Assembly (NCBI GenBank): GCA_938091805.1
Contig: CALKGV010000027.1
Span: forward strand, 1 to 61,169
DNA from: an uncultured archaeon
Lineage (GTDB): Archaea; Thermoproteota; Bathyarchaeia; Bathyarchaeales; DTEX01
Length of the DNA stretch: 61,169 bases
Reading direction: 5' to 3'
Within the stretch, counting starts at the first letter, position 1. Each line of letters opens with the position of its first letter. Of the stretch, positions 47,483 to 58,493 are shown piece by piece. The notes beneath the pieces are model-generated. The model saw nothing but the letters and a program-made list of their open reading frames with translations. It had not been told where the DNA came from and did no database searches. Made by a program: the position numbers and the translations under genes.

Positions 47483-48955
47483 TTATCGTAGGCCCGGTTT
47501 TCTCTTAGCGAAATCCGTATTATTCTCAAATGCGAAAGATGTCTTCAGAAGATTTTTTTCATCAAAGGGTTTACCTATAATCTGCATTCCTATAGGTAAA
47601 TCGTTCTCAAAACCGCATGGGATAGATATTGCTGGATAACCAGTTAAATTGGCCGGAACGGTTAATATGTCACACATGTAAAGTGTTAAGGGGTCGTTTA
47701 TTTTCTCACCTATATTGAAGGGCGGCAGAGGCATTGTCGGACCGGCTAAAACATCAAACTTTTTTAATGCGTACTCGAATTCTCTCCGGATTAACATTCT
47801 AATTTTAAGCGCCTTTAAATAGTACTGTTCATAGTAGCCGGCTGATAGGGCGTAAGTTCCAAGGATTATCCGCCGCCTCACCTCCGCACCGAAGCCGATG
47901 CGCCTATTCTTCGCATAAACTCTTGAATAGTCCGCATCATCATGCTCAACGCGATAACCATATCTTAGCCCATCATAGCGCGCCAAGTTTGAGCTAGCCT
48001 CGGACATAGCGATAATGTAGTAGGCAGCTAGGGCATATTCTAGGCTTGGCAATGAGATCTCCTCATATAGGGCCCCTAGATCCTCAAGTTTATGAATGGC
48101 TAACCAGACATGTTTTTTAACGGACTCCTCAACTCCCTCATCGAAAAATTCCTTTGGTAACCCGATTTTTAAACCCTTCAGGTCGCTTGCGAAGGATCTA
48201 AAGTAGTCTTCTATGGGCATGTTGACTGAGGTGCTGTCACGCGGGTCATATCCACCCATTACTGAAAGCAGAAGTGCGCAGTCAACGGTACTTTTAGCTA
48301 ACGGACCTATCTGCTCGAGACTATTAGCGTAAGATATGAGGCCATAGCGGCTCACTAAACCATACGTTGGCTTAAGCCCTATGACTGAACAGTAGCTGGC
48401 TGGGCATCTTACGGAGCCGCCTGTATCTGAGCCCAGTGCAAGCGTTGCTTCATCCGCTGCTAAAGCCGCTGCGCTTCCGCCGGATGAGCCGCCTGGAACT
48501 TTACTTAGGTTCCATGGGTTTCTTGTTGGCCCAAAATAGCTGGTTTCCGTAGTTGTTCCCATGGCGAACTCATCCATATTGGTCTTCCCAATTATAATAG
48601 CGTCCTCTCTCTTAAGTCTCCTTATAACAGTGGCATCATACGGCGGGATGAAGTTTTCAAGCATTCGAGAGGCGCATGTTGTGCGAATCCCAAATGTGCA
48701 TATGTTGTCCTTAACAGCTACAGCTACGCCGGCTAATCTTCCAATTTTTTCGCCTCTTGCAATCTTTCTATCGATATCCCTAGCTTTTTCAAGCGCCTCC
48801 TCAGAAGTCATGGTGATAAAAGCGTTTATTTTGCCATCTATGCTCTTGGCTCTACTAATAATTGACCATATGTAATCCTCAGCTGTTATCTCCCCCCTTC
48901 TCATTTTATCAGCGACTTCTGCAGCATACATCTCATAGAGCCTCGGCGTGGGCAT
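47483..48955 (-). CDS. gatA: Asp/Glu-tRNA amidotransferase subunit A
   Basis: VKDNI, GKTNMDEFAMG, GGSSGGSAA, GSDTGGSVR, SSNLARYDG, EVRRRIILG. Confidence 0.97.
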   Translation of the reverse strand: MPTPRLYEMYAAEVADKMRRGEITAEDYIWSIISRAKSIDGKINAFITMTSEEALEKARDIDRKIARGEKIGRLAGVAVAVKDNICTFGIRTTCASRMLENFIPPYDATVIRRLKREDAIIIGKTNMDEFAMGTTTETSYFGPTRNPWNLSKVPGGSSGGSAAALAADEATLALGSDTGGSVRCPASYCSVIGLKPTYGLVSRYGLISYANSLEQIGPLAKSTVDCALLLSVMGGYDPRDSTSVNMPIEDYFRSFASDLKGLKIGLPKEFFDEGVEESVKKHVWLAIHKLEDLGALYEEISLPSLEYALAAYYIIAMSEASSNLARYDGLRYGYRVEHDDADYSRVYAKNRRIGFGAEVRRRIILGTYALSAGYYEQYYLKALKIRMLIRREFEYALKKFDVLAGPTMPLPPFNIGEKINDPLTLYMCDILTVPANLTGYPAISIPCGFENDLPIGMQIIGKPFDEKNLLKTSFAFENNTDFAKRKPGLR

Positions 48956-48973
48956 TTCCCCTCCAGGCGAAGC

Positions 48974-49267
48974 TTAAACTATTTTTGGAGATTTAAAGAA
49001 TTGCTCCTCCTTTTTAGGCGCATTTTCTAAAACGCCTTCTTTCGGCAAGGTCTCCCCAACCTCATCTTCACGATAAACATTAACTATGTCCAGCACATGA
49101 TACATCGGCGGTATGCTCCTAGTGTCGACTTCATCGATTTTTCTGAAAAACTCTAATATCCTATTAAATTGTTCAGTGAAGACTTCCTTCTCCTCCTCGG
49201 TTAATTCTATATGCGCCAGCTGAGCGATGCGCTCAACCTCCTCCTTAATTATCCATTTTTCCCTCAT
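48974..49267 (-). CDS. gatC: Asp/Glu-tRNA amidotransferase subunit C
   Basis: IAQLAHIEL, NVYREDE, NAP..FFKSPKI; adjacent to gatA. Confidence 0.92.
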   Translation of the reverse strand: MREKWIIKEEVERIAQLAHIELTEEEKEVFTEQFNRILEFFRKIDEVDTRSIPPMYHVLDIVNVYREDEVGETLPKEGVLENAPKKEEQFFKSPKIV

Positions 49268-49318
49268 AGTCTCAGGCGCCTTCAACCTTACTATTGCCAC
49301 CAGGCCTGTCTGGTATTG

Positions 49319-49792
49319 CTAATCGAGTTTTATGCGCATTAAATAGGCATTCTCTCCATCAGCGTAGTATCCCCTAACAATTCTATCAATTTTGAAGCCT
49401 ATTTTTTTATAAAGGTTTATTGCTGGGGTATTGCTAACACGAACTTCTAAATAGCATTCTTTTACGTCGTAATGGGCCGCCATGGCATGTAACGCCTCTT
49501 TAAGTAGTGCCCCGCCAATGCCCTTACGCCTATAGCTCGGTAAAACAGCTATTGAGACAACGTGTCCTCTCTTTATTAGACCTAGGCCTGAAAAACCACT
49601 TTCAATGCGGCACATAATGTAGCCAACAACTTTCTTCTCTTCCTCCGCAACAATAAATGTTTCTGGAAAATTATTATATAACTCTATAAAGAAGTGCGTT
49701 GAATAATTTTCAGGTAGACATACTTGGTTTATATAAATTACTTGGCTCAGATCTTCAGGCTTAAACTTCCTTACATTAAATGGGTGATCCAC
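49319..49792 (-). CDS. rimI: RimI/Ard1-type N-terminal protein acetyltransferase
   Basis: CLPENY, GHVVSIAV..YRRKGIG, YLEVRVSN, YYADGENA. Confidence 0.92.
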   Translation of the reverse strand: MDHPFNVRKFKPEDLSQVIYINQVCLPENYSTHFFIELYNNFPETFIVAEEEKKVVGYIMCRIESGFSGLGLIKRGHVVSIAVLPSYRRKGIGGALLKEALHAMAAHYDVKECYLEVRVSNTPAINLYKKIGFKIDRIVRGYYADGENAYLMRIKLD

Positions 49793-49848
49793 TCTTGACC
49801 CAGCGGCTACTTTAACAAATTAGAATGAAATCTTTATTCTTAAAAATA

Positions 49849-51129
49849 TTATTTCTTTTCAGGGGCCGCATTTGACCCGACTATAACCGGAATTGTTAAG
49901 TTTCCACATGGGATAACAGAGATCTTAGATTTCTTGCCAAGCATCTCTAAAGCATAATTTAGGGCTTCATTAGCGGTTCTAAAAACTTTTAAACCCAAAT
50001 TTTCTGAAGCATAATAATCGGGTATTGCCGAAACCATGCAGATATCAAATTTTCTGGAGGCTTTAATAAAACGGTACGCCATGAACCCTCCGATGCTGAA
50101 TCTCTTTTTTAAAGATTTCTCCAGAGAGAGCGGGGAGTCTCTAAACTTGGAGATCGCCTCATAGAAATCTAGGTCGCCGTAGCCATCGACGCACTCGGCC
50201 ACAAGAACGAGAATACCGTTTCTTCTAACTGCCCTAAGTGAATTTTCTAGGCATTTAAAAGCCTCAAATAGGTTTACATCGAAAGGTGATCCGCCGGGGC
50301 TTACAAAAACAGCATCAGCCTTTCTTTCCACCTGAACTTTATATAGTGCATCAGCTGATCTGGCCGCTTCACGGTAGGCTTTCTCCATATCGCCAGCAAA
50401 GGACTTGACAACTTCACCCCTTAAGTTTCTAACGACATTCACGCTGAAGTCAACTTCAACTAGGCGTGAAGCTTCAGCTATGCCGCTAAGGATGCCGCCG
50501 CCTAAAGCATCGAGGGGGTCATCAATGTTTAAGATTGGCATTAAAAGCTGGCCAACGGTGTCCATATTGGATAGCCCGGGAACTATGGCGTATCCATCAC
50601 CGCTATACAGCGTATATGGATTCGGCTCAATTGAGCTCGCTATAATTTTCACTTTAGAATCAATAAAGACTTTATTAATGTATGCTTTTATGCCACTGGA
50701 TGTATCGCCAACGTAAACGCACTCGCTTAAGCCGTCATGAAAGGCAATGTTAACCCCTAAGGGTAACAGTTCATTTTTTATTTGCTCTTTCATTCTGTCT
50801 GTTCGCAGGTTAAATGGATCTTGGGCTAATATGATTGTTAAATCCCCGCTTTTTAATCCGGCTTGAGTAAGCTCGCTTAAAATTATGGAAACTATTAAAT
50901 TGCTTATTGAGGGATCAAAAATATTTAGGGCTAAGACTACTTTATCCCCAGATTTTACTATTTCCGATAGCCCTCTTACATCAATCGGGTTTTTTATGGA
51001 GCGTTCAATTTCACCCCTTGGATTTTCAGCGCCTTCAGCTATAGCCGTCTTAATTTCATCTTTAAAATTCTCTAAGGGAACTCTGACACATACCTCGGTT
51101 TTACCGTAAGGAAGCCAAATATCAGGCAT
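49849..51129 (-). CDS. LarA (lactate racemase)-fold protein with degenerate active site
   Basis: LPYGK N-terminus and SPGG.P.D.NL..AECVDGYG C-terminal domain present; DxTR, GxH and HxFAGxSGGxK motifs replaced. Confidence 0.75.
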   Translation of the reverse strand: MPDIWLPYGKTEVCVRVPLENFKDEIKTAIAEGAENPRGEIERSIKNPIDVRGLSEIVKSGDKVVLALNIFDPSISNLIVSIILSELTQAGLKSGDLTIILAQDPFNLRTDRMKEQIKNELLPLGVNIAFHDGLSECVYVGDTSSGIKAYINKVFIDSKVKIIASSIEPNPYTLYSGDGYAIVPGLSNMDTVGQLLMPILNIDDPLDALGGGILSGIAEASRLVEVDFSVNVVRNLRGEVVKSFAGDMEKAYREAARSADALYKVQVERKADAVFVSPGGSPFDVNLFEAFKCLENSLRAVRRNGILVLVAECVDGYGDLDFYEAISKFRDSPLSLEKSLKKRFSIGGFMAYRFIKASRKFDICMVSAIPDYYASENLGLKVFRTANEALNYALEMLGKKSKISVIPCGNLTIPVIVGSNAAPEKK

Positions 51130-51167
51130 TATACACCACTAATTTATAAGTCAGAGGTAAGCGTACT

Positions 51168-52850
51168 TTAAGGTTGCGCATGTACATGTAGCCGCATTAT
51201 GTCTGTTCTGCCAGCTGCACCCCAGAATCTCTCAACTATTTTCTCTAACCCCTCAGGTTTCCTCTCCTTCAACCAGAGCCTAGCATAAATATTAGATAGC
51301 GCTATGTAGTCAGAAACGCTGTCTTCACCCTCAAGGATCTTTACTCCTAATCTAAGAAGGGTTCTTATGAAGTCTAAGTCTTCACGCATCTCTATTTCCT
51401 CAACTTTCTCCATAGTTTTCTTCCAAGATGCTTTTATCCTCTCCTTATCCTCAAATGATAACCTGCTGAACCAGAAATCCTTAAAAATAACATGCTTTAT
51501 GACGTCTGAAAATTCCGGTCTGCCAAACAGCAGCCTTGCCTCAACTGTTTTCTCATCCTCGCCGCTTATAGCCTGCCATTTTTTCACCCATTCCCCATTC
51601 CCCTCAGCTATTTCCATGGTTGCCAGAATTAACGGCTTCAGCAACGAGAAAAGGCATTCTTCACCATCATCGCCCCAAGCCGTCAATAGGAAGCCTAGCA
51701 GCTCCTCCTCGGTGGCTGCGGTTAAAAAGTTCTTAATGTTCTTTAGCGCAATCTCAAAGTTTGGATAATATCTATTCCAGTTGGATAAGCCTGGGCAAGC
51801 TATCTGCTTTAAACCCCTATTCTTGAATATCCTTATTTTCTCTTTAAAGTTTTCTTTTGGGCTTGGGCTGTAATCCCAATTCGCTATCAACGACCTACGC
51901 CATATGTCGCTCTCTAGGACTTCACGCCACTTAGTCGATTCCTCCCCAAGATACATTCCGGAGATCATGTCACCCCAAAGAATAGGCTCTTTTCCCTCTT
52001 CCAGAACTTTTTCCACCATTTTTTTATGATGCGCCTCGTAGAGTTTTGGCCCCTCAAAAGTCCACGTTCTGTTTAAGCTTCTCCCTCTTCCTAATGCCCA
52101 AGTTTCATCGCCGCCTACATGTATATATTTTGATGAGGAAAAGAAGCCTATCGCCTCTTCAAGAAGATCATGGGCGAATTTCCTAGCGTTTTCATCGCTT
52201 AAATTTAAGCATCCTTCCCCAGGATTATGCCACTCACTAAACCTGTAGAACTCCGGTAACGATAGAATATGCTCCATATGTCCTGATAGTTCAAGCGATG
52301 GAAAAACCTCTATTCCAAGGTTGTTACCGTAATCTATTATTTCCTTAAGCTCATCCTCCGTCAACCTCCCCCTATGCTTGCCTATCTGCGGATATTTCTT
52401 CCAGGGAAATAAATCCTCAAAATATATGGCGAAGTAGTTATATTTAAATAGGAAAAGCATGCGTAATATCTCCTTGAAAGTTTCAAGATGTGGAACCCCG
52501 CCTCTGGCTATGTCCAAATGGTAGCCCCTAAACTTAAATTTGAAAGACTCCTTAACCTCAACTTCCGGTAAGTAGTTTCCTCTCTGCATAATTAACTGTA
52601 GAAGTGTGGCGTAGCATATTTGGCAGTCGCCCCATATAGTGACTTTGCCCTCCTCCACTTTTAGCCCTGTTTCATCTAGCCCTGTTTCATCAGCAGCTTC
52701 AATTATTGTCCAATTCCCCATTGGAACCTTAAATTCGCGTCTAAGAAACTCTGGGAAATCCTTAAATCCTTCAAAAGCAAACCATCTACCAGTAAACCTA
52801 ATGTATTTTGGCTCTGGAACGATGAAAATTTTCTTTTCCATAAAAATCAC
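51168..52850 (-). CDS. Glycoside hydrolase family 20 (beta-N-acetylhexosaminidase-like)
   Basis: RGYHLDIARG, GHME, HVGGDE catalytic motif, WGDM, WDY, TAWGDDG. Confidence 0.88.
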   Translation of the reverse strand: MIFMEKKIFIVPEPKYIRFTGRWFAFEGFKDFPEFLRREFKVPMGNWTIIEAADETGLDETGLKVEEGKVTIWGDCQICYATLLQLIMQRGNYLPEVEVKESFKFKFRGYHLDIARGGVPHLETFKEILRMLFLFKYNYFAIYFEDLFPWKKYPQIGKHRGRLTEDELKEIIDYGNNLGIEVFPSLELSGHMEHILSLPEFYRFSEWHNPGEGCLNLSDENARKFAHDLLEEAIGFFSSSKYIHVGGDETWALGRGRSLNRTWTFEGPKLYEAHHKKMVEKVLEEGKEPILWGDMISGMYLGEESTKWREVLESDIWRRSLIANWDYSPSPKENFKEKIRIFKNRGLKQIACPGLSNWNRYYPNFEIALKNIKNFLTAATEEELLGFLLTAWGDDGEECLFSLLKPLILATMEIAEGNGEWVKKWQAISGEDEKTVEARLLFGRPEFSDVIKHVIFKDFWFSRLSFEDKERIKASWKKTMEKVEEIEMREDLDFIRTLLRLGVKILEGEDSVSDYIALSNIYARLWLKERKPEGLEKIVERFWGAAGRTDIMRLHVHAQP

Positions 52851-53246
52851 TTATCTGATTTCGGTAAATATGGCTTTTCATTCAATTCTGTGAAGCATCT
52901 CTTTCATCTATTTTGATCTTTAAGGGATTAAGTTAAGTTCAAGTATAAGGTTGTCTATTCTCCATTCTACCTTATATTTTCTATACGTCACCATGTTTCC
53001 GAAAGATTCTCCCCTCCGAGGGAGAGAAGGCTGAGATTAGGAGTTTCATAGAGAGGCAAAAATATGAGATAAGCCTCTTTTGCCTCTCACGCTACGCCTC
53101 CAGGGCTCAATGAGGTTGAGGAGCAGGGCAATAAGGGACTTAAGAGAGATATCTGCATTAACTACACTTGCTGAAGCATTGAGGAGCTGGAGAGCGGCCT
53201 GACAATACATAAGAAAAAATAATAATTATAAATAATCGGACTTAAC

Positions 53247-53792
53247 TTAGAATCTATCTATGGACAATATTTCTGAGAGCGCTTTTCTAGATCCATGTTC
53301 ACTGAACCCTTCATCCTTTGGGTAACCTAACGGTGTTATGGCAACTACATTAACATTTTCTGGCACACCGAGGATCTTTTTAACCTCTTCATTATCGAAG
53401 GCTCCGATCCAGCATGTTCCAAGTCCCTCAGCTCTGGCTGCCAATATTAGGTGGGTGAACGCTATGGAGACATCAACGAGCATGCTTAAATCACCCATAT
53501 ATCCGCCTCTATTCCAGTGAATATTGTATCCGCAGGCAACTATGACTACTGGCGCCTCGGCAATGAATGTTTGATTGTGGCATGCTGCTGCTAATCGCTT
53601 CTTAAGAGTCTCATCTTTTACAATTATGAACTTCCAGGGTTGACGGTTTGAGCCTGAGGGCGCTATCCTAGCGGCGTCTAGTATCCTCATAAGAGTTTCC
53701 TCAGGTATAGGATCGGGCTTATAGGATCTTATGCTTCTACGCGTCCTCACGACTTCGTAAAAATCCAAATTGATCACTCCTGATATACACAT
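53247..53792 (-). CDS. Nitroreductase family protein
   Basis: RRSIRSY, APSGSNRQPWKF, EGLGTCWIG. Confidence 0.92.
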   Translation of the reverse strand: MCISGVINLDFYEVVRTRRSIRSYKPDPIPEETLMRILDAARIAPSGSNRQPWKFIIVKDETLKKRLAAACHNQTFIAEAPVVIVACGYNIHWNRGGYMGDLSMLVDVSIAFTHLILAARAEGLGTCWIGAFDNEEVKKILGVPENVNVVAITPLGYPKDEGFSEHGSRKALSEILSIDRF

Positions 53793-53847
53793 ATATTTTG
53801 AAGGAGGTATATAGTCTTTATTTTTTCCAGCGCATTTAACTTGAACT

Positions 53848-55848
53848 TTAACTTGAACTTATGCTTCCTTGACCTAGTGGTATAAACGCATGTACCTCCT
53901 CAAGGGGGATCTTTAGGATCTCCGTTCTCTCCTCGGGTGAACTCATTTCCGCCAGCATCTTCCTAATATTTTTTGCAAGTTTACCAGCTGGCTCGCTTCC
54001 AGGAACCACCTTAACAAAAAGGTTGGTTTGTTTTGATATGGCTTCCAATGGTCCGCCAATAACCCTAAATGCGCTGTTCTCCCTTTTCACCCCTATAGCG
54101 ATTTCAAGCGTAACGTTCCTAACATAATTTTTAGTCCCATAAATCATGAAGGATCCTTTTGGAAGATATTCTCCTGAAGGCGGCTTTTTACTCACCTGCT
54201 CCGGCTTAATCCAGTAAACATCTACGGCTCTAAGCCCCTCCTTCCAAGCGCGCGAGTATGAAGCAGTAAACTGAGCTGCCTCCTTAATTGTTTTCTCCGG
54301 GGTTTTTCCTTGGGTTTTTATTACAACAAATGGTGAACCTAGGTTGTCCGCATGGAAAATTAAGTCATGCGGCTCCGTATATCTCTTAATTAGGGCCTCG
54401 TTTGTTGACGCATCTCTGCCGCCTAATACAAGAAAGTTCTCAGATGAGAAAAACCAGTGGAATTTTTCATACCATTCTCTTCTTCTCTTCACTGGGATCG
54501 CTGTTGGAGCCGCAACCTCCTTCTCCAGCTCCTCAGCTTTTGCCTTCTCAATTCTCTCTTTTGTTTGCTCTATAGCCTTCTCTAGACCCCTAATTTTATC
54601 CCCCATCTTCTTAGCCCTCTCATAATACTCTGCCGCGTTCTGCTGTGCTGACATTTTAAGATTTAGATTGAAGATTTGGCCGTCAACTGAAACTTGAAGC
54701 GTCAGCGTTTTCGGGTTGATGGACGCGAAGTAGATTGATGGAACAACGGAGTTTTCTTTCTCTTTAAGCATAACCTCGGAAATCTCATCCCAGCTTTTTC
54801 CGCTTCTTTTCTCATTCATGATTCTGTTTATCAGAAAATCAATCTCGTATAAATGAGAGTAGATTTTATCGCCGATTTGACGGTAAATTTCAACTTTACC
54901 GGTTAATTCCCGTAAGTTTTCCTCCTGCTCCTGCAGAATCCTCTTTAGGTTGACTATTTCCCTCTCATATACATCTTTGCTCTTTTCCACTTCGCCCTTA
55001 AGCATGATTTTCGCATAATACTCATCTAATGCATCATTAAACGTCTCCATCTCAATCATGTTAAGTCCAGAATATTTTTTCAGAGGGAACGGCGCTGCAT
55101 CCACCCATGCGCCAGCCTCATCTATAAAGACGCACGGCTTCCAGTTTCCAATTTGGGAAGCCAGATCCATTATACTGTTTAAGATGGCGGATAATTCTCC
55201 ATCGGTGAGTGAAGAGCACAGTCTATCTTTATCTATGCCGGATCTCAGCAATATCTCTTCAGCATATAGCCCGCCGATGCCTAGAAATCTGGTTAAAGCC
55301 CTAACGATGTCGATTTGACCAAAACCTTTTATTTCGCGGATCTCTTCTGGACCAACATTCCTTAAATCTCTTCCTCTCTGAGGCGGATACTTAAAATCTT
55401 CACCCTGAAGGATGTTCCTATCCTTCATCCTTTTATAGGTTAATGCATAAAGAATCTTATTTTCAGGCCCTACAAGAATCATGTTTCCCTCACCGAAAAG
55501 TTCCGCTATAAGCCGATATTTTTGACCGCCACGCCTGATTAGTAGTTCGCTGATCCTTTCAAAGTCATATTGGTTGATGTCCTCAACGACGCCGTTTTCT
55601 AAATGTTTTCTCAACGCCATGCAGAAGTTAGGCGGCTTTTTAGGCTTCTCAAGATCGTATTTTGTGGCATGGATCCTTCTGCCCGCTTCAATTAGGAGCT
55701 GAAGAGATTCCCCGCTAGGATTGCGAAGCTTTAATAGTAGGATTTTATGATTTAACTGATAGATCTTCCCTATTCGGGAGCCCCTAACCAAATTGCTGAG
55801 TTCAGATATGGCTGCGGCAATATCGAAAGCCGTCATACTCTCTTTCAA
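53848..55848 (-). CDS. rqcH: Ribosome quality control factor Rqc2/NEMF (aRqcH, NFACT domain)
   Basis: MTAFDI, FCMALRKHL, FERI, ELFGEGN, WYEKFHWF, GGRDA..NE, FHAD, SGEYLPKGSFMI. Confidence 0.93.
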   Translation of the reverse strand: MKESMTAFDIAAAISELSNLVRGSRIGKIYQLNHKILLLKLRNPSGESLQLLIEAGRRIHATKYDLEKPKKPPNFCMALRKHLENGVVEDINQYDFERISELLIRRGGQKYRLIAELFGEGNMILVGPENKILYALTYKRMKDRNILQGEDFKYPPQRGRDLRNVGPEEIREIKGFGQIDIVRALTRFLGIGGLYAEEILLRSGIDKDRLCSSLTDGELSAILNSIMDLASQIGNWKPCVFIDEAGAWVDAAPFPLKKYSGLNMIEMETFNDALDEYYAKIMLKGEVEKSKDVYEREIVNLKRILQEQEENLRELTGKVEIYRQIGDKIYSHLYEIDFLINRIMNEKRSGKSWDEISEVMLKEKENSVVPSIYFASINPKTLTLQVSVDGQIFNLNLKMSAQQNAAEYYERAKKMGDKIRGLEKAIEQTKERIEKAKAEELEKEVAAPTAIPVKRRREWYEKFHWFFSSENFLVLGGRDASTNEALIKRYTEPHDLIFHADNLGSPFVVIKTQGKTPEKTIKEAAQFTASYSRAWKEGLRAVDVYWIKPEQVSKKPPSGEYLPKGSFMIYGTKNYVRNVTLEIAIGVKRENSAFRVIGGPLEAISKQTNLFVKVVPGSEPAGKLAKNIRKMLAEMSSPEERTEILKIPLEEVHAFIPLGQGSISSS

Positions 55849-55874
55849 GCAATCACCTAAAAGGTAGATGCTAA

Positions 55875-56138
55875 ATGGAACCCTTAAATGTTATCTACTG
55901 GATAAAGGTTGCGTTAGGAATCTTTACAGCGTGCATATGCTTACTTTTAGGTGTCAATAATATCTTTACCGGAATAATGATGAGCCTGCTGATCTACCTA
56001 TTAGGCGACAGGATTTTGAAACAAATTTTCGCTGCAAAGGTTGATAAGCCGTCAACGATCACGAAGACAGGTGTCGGCACATACATAATTACATGGATTC
56101 TCTTCTGGATCCTGCTGTACACTTTATTCTCAATATGA
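55875..56138 (+). CDS. Small 3-TM protein, EMC6-like
   Basis: 87 aa, 3 TM; C-terminus GVGTYIITWILFWILLYTL resembles EMC6/Rab5ip C-termini. Confidence 0.55.
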   Translation: MEPLNVIYWIKVALGIFTACICLLLGVNNIFTGIMMSLLIYLLGDRILKQIFAAKVDKPSTITKTGVGTYIITWILFWILLYTLFSI

Positions 56139-56146
56139 TATGGCAG

Positions 56147-56554
56147 CTAATTATGCTGCCCCCTCTTTTTATCAACGTTTCTAAGTGCGAAATGGACAAA
56201 TTCCGCCATCGCTGAAAAATATCCGCAATCATAATCGGCATGTAGCTTATTTTTGGAGTGCTCCAAAAACTCCCTGTGGTATTTCTTTAGCATACTCGCA
56301 TTATTTAAATCTAGTTTACTTATAAAAGTGTCCTGCTCACCCGCCCTATACATGAGAACTATGCCCTTTAATGCGCAGATGAATCCGCTGGCGAATTCGC
56401 TGTAACCTTTTTCCCTAATCTTCACTTCCAGATCATCTATACCTCTCTCGGCATCAGCGAATCTCCTACTTAAAATATGCTGGAAAATGTTGCTTAGGAG
56501 ATGCGGATCTACAATTTTGCTATTACCACTCTTTTCCATCTTCTTTAGCGACAT
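56147..56554 (-). CDS. Hypothetical helical protein downstream of radA
   Basis: ORF overlapping the radA stop; duplicated GF..AL / GY..AM motif. Confidence 0.65.
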   Translation of the reverse strand: MSLKKMEKSGNSKIVDPHLLSNIFQHILSRRFADAERGIDDLEVKIREKGYSEFASGFICALKGIVLMYRAGEQDTFISKLDLNNASMLKKYHREFLEHSKNKLHADYDCGYFSAMAEFVHFALRNVDKKRGQHN

Positions 56555-57521
56555 CTTCTATACCATTCTCAGTTATTTTAAATAAGCATTCGCCTTCTGG
56601 AAGATAAGGGCTTGAAACCAGCCTGGCTATTCTGACAAATCCCTTGGCGCTTTTTCTCAAGAATACTCTTGTGTGGCTTGTGTGAGCAACTATGTGTCCG
56701 CCTATTGGGCGAATCGTCTCTGAGAAGAAGGCTTCAGGGCTTGCCATAACCTGGTTGGTTACAAGGGCTACGGCGTTAAAGCCCCTCGCCAGCCTAATGA
56801 GTTTATGCATGTGTTGATTAAGCTTCTGCTGTCTTAAGGCTAGATTTTCACGTCCTATGTATTCGCTTCTAAAGTGGGCTGTTAGGGAATCAACAACTAT
56901 CAAACGTATGTTATTCTCCTTTATCACTTTATCAGCGTTTTCCAAAAGAAACATCTGATGGTCAGACGTGTAGGCTTCAGCCCAAATAATATTTTTTACA
57001 GCTTTCTGTGGGTCCAGCCCCCTGAATTTAGCCATTTGAACTATGCGTTCAGGCCTAAAAGTGTTCTCGGTGTCAATGTATAGGGCTCCTCCACCTAAGC
57101 CGCCTTTTTCAGGCGGTAGCTGAACGTTAACGCATGCCTGATGCGCAATCTGGCTTTTGCCGGAACCGTATTCTCCATAAAATTCCGTTATTGTTTGTGT
57201 TTCAAGCCCGCCTCCTAGGAGTTCATCGAGCTTTTTGCTTCCGGTTGTTAAACGTAGCACGTTCTGACGCTTCTCCAGGAGTTCATCTGCACGTACAAAT
57301 GAGAGGGTGACTGATGATCTTGCGGCATTAATTATTTCAAAGGCTTTCTTGTCACTTATGCCTGCCTGCTCCAGCTCGCGGATTGTCGCCATGGCTAATG
57401 ACTCAACAGTGTTAAAGCCTAATTCGCGCAGTTTCTCAGCTATTGAAGGTGTTACGCCGGGGATATCCTCGATGCTTAAGTATCGCCTTTTCTCCGTTTC
57501 ATCCTCGTACATTTCTCTCAA
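56523..57521 (-). CDS. radA: DNA repair and recombination protein RadA
   Basis: HhH N-terminus, [43 protein letters not shown]. Confidence 0.98.
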   Translation of the reverse strand: MREMYEDETEKRRYLSIEDIPGVTPSIAEKLRELGFNTVESLAMATIRELEQAGISDKKAFEIINAARSSVTLSFVRADELLEKRQNVLRLTTGSKKLDELLGGGLETQTITEFYGEYGSGKSQIAHQACVNVQLPPEKGGLGGGALYIDTENTFRPERIVQMAKFRGLDPQKAVKNIIWAEAYTSDHQMFLLENADKVIKENNIRLIVVDSLTAHFRSEYIGRENLALRQQKLNQHMHKLIRLARGFNAVALVTNQVMASPEAFFSETIRPIGGHIVAHTSHTRVFLRKSAKGFVRIARLVSSPYLPEGECLFKITENGIEDVAKEDGKEW

Positions 57522-57602
57522 TAAAATCTAAATTTTCAACGGATATTTAAATTAGACGAAAAGCAAAATCTTTTGTGGCGAACATTATGGAGGGATCTTA
57601 CA

Positions 57603-58493
57603 ATGGTGGTTAAAGATTCTGAATCCTTAATTGAGGATGCTGCCCTATCGCTTATTAGGCTGGCGGCTGTTAGGTTGCCAACGGATGTTAAAGATGCTCT
57701 TCTAAGAGCCTATCGTGAGGAGAGGCATGAAATTGGCAGGCTGCAGCTCGGGAATATATTGGAAAATATAAGGTTGGCTGAAGAGATGAATTTGCCATTA
57801 TGTCAGGACACCGGCACAATTGTTTTCTATGTTAGGGCCGGGGTGAATTTTAGGGCTTTAAATAAGGTTGAACCCGCTCTGCTCAGGGCTGTGAGAAGGG
57901 CGACTTTAGAGGTGCCCCTGAGGCCGAACGCCGTGGATCCCTTCACTAATAAAAATTCCGGCGATAACACTGGAAGACACATTCCCTACATTAACTGGGA
58001 GATTTCAGATGGCAGCTCGCTTGAAATAACGGTTCTCCTTAAAGGCGGCGGATCTGAGAATGCATGTGCCCTTAGAATGATGGAGCCAAGCGAGGGCGTT
58101 GACGGCGTAAAAAAGTTTGTTGTTGAATGCGTCCTGAAAGCTGGCGGAATGCCATGCCCACCCACAATAGTGGGCGTTGGAGTTGGAGGAGGCGCCGATA
58201 TAGCGATGGCTCTTGCGAAAAGAGCTCTATTAAGACCCGTGGGTGAAGAGAATTTCAACGCAGATCTAGCGAAGATGGAAAAGGAACTCCGCGAAACCAT
58301 AAACGCAACTTGCATAGGTCCAATGGGTTTAGGCGGGGATACAACGGCCCTAGATGTGAAGATCGAGTACGCACATCGTCATCCAGCATCATATCCCGTA
58401 GCCGTGGCGTTCCAGTGTTGGGCGGCAAGAAAGGCGGCCGCGCGCATATACTCTAATGGTGAAATTGAGTATTTGACGCATAAGCCAGGATGA
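57603..58493 (+). CDS. Fe-S hydro-lyase (fumarate/tartrate) alpha subunit
   Basis: PLCQDTG, LRPN, KGGGSEN, PCPP..GVGVGG, GPMGLGG, CWAARK. Confidence 0.92.
   Translation: MVVKDSESLIEDAALSLIRLAAVRLPTDVKDALLRAYREERHEIGRLQLGNILENIRLAEEMNLPLCQDTGTIVFYVRAGVNFRALNKVEPALLRAVRRATLEVPLRPNAVDPFTNKNSGDNTGRHIPYINWEISDGSSLEITVLLKGGGSENACALRMMEPSEGVDGVKKFVVECVLKAGGMPCPPTIVGVGVGGGADIAMALAKRALLRPVGEENFNADLAKMEKELRETINATCIGPMGLGGDTTALDVKIEYAHRHPASYPVAVAFQCWAARKAAARIYSNGEIEYLTHKPG

Noticed and set aside
52900..53220. Intergenic stretch with an 11-bp inverted repeat (53051-53088) and coding-like fragments
   Set aside because: Could be a decayed gene or a structured RNA, but no family could be assigned by eye.
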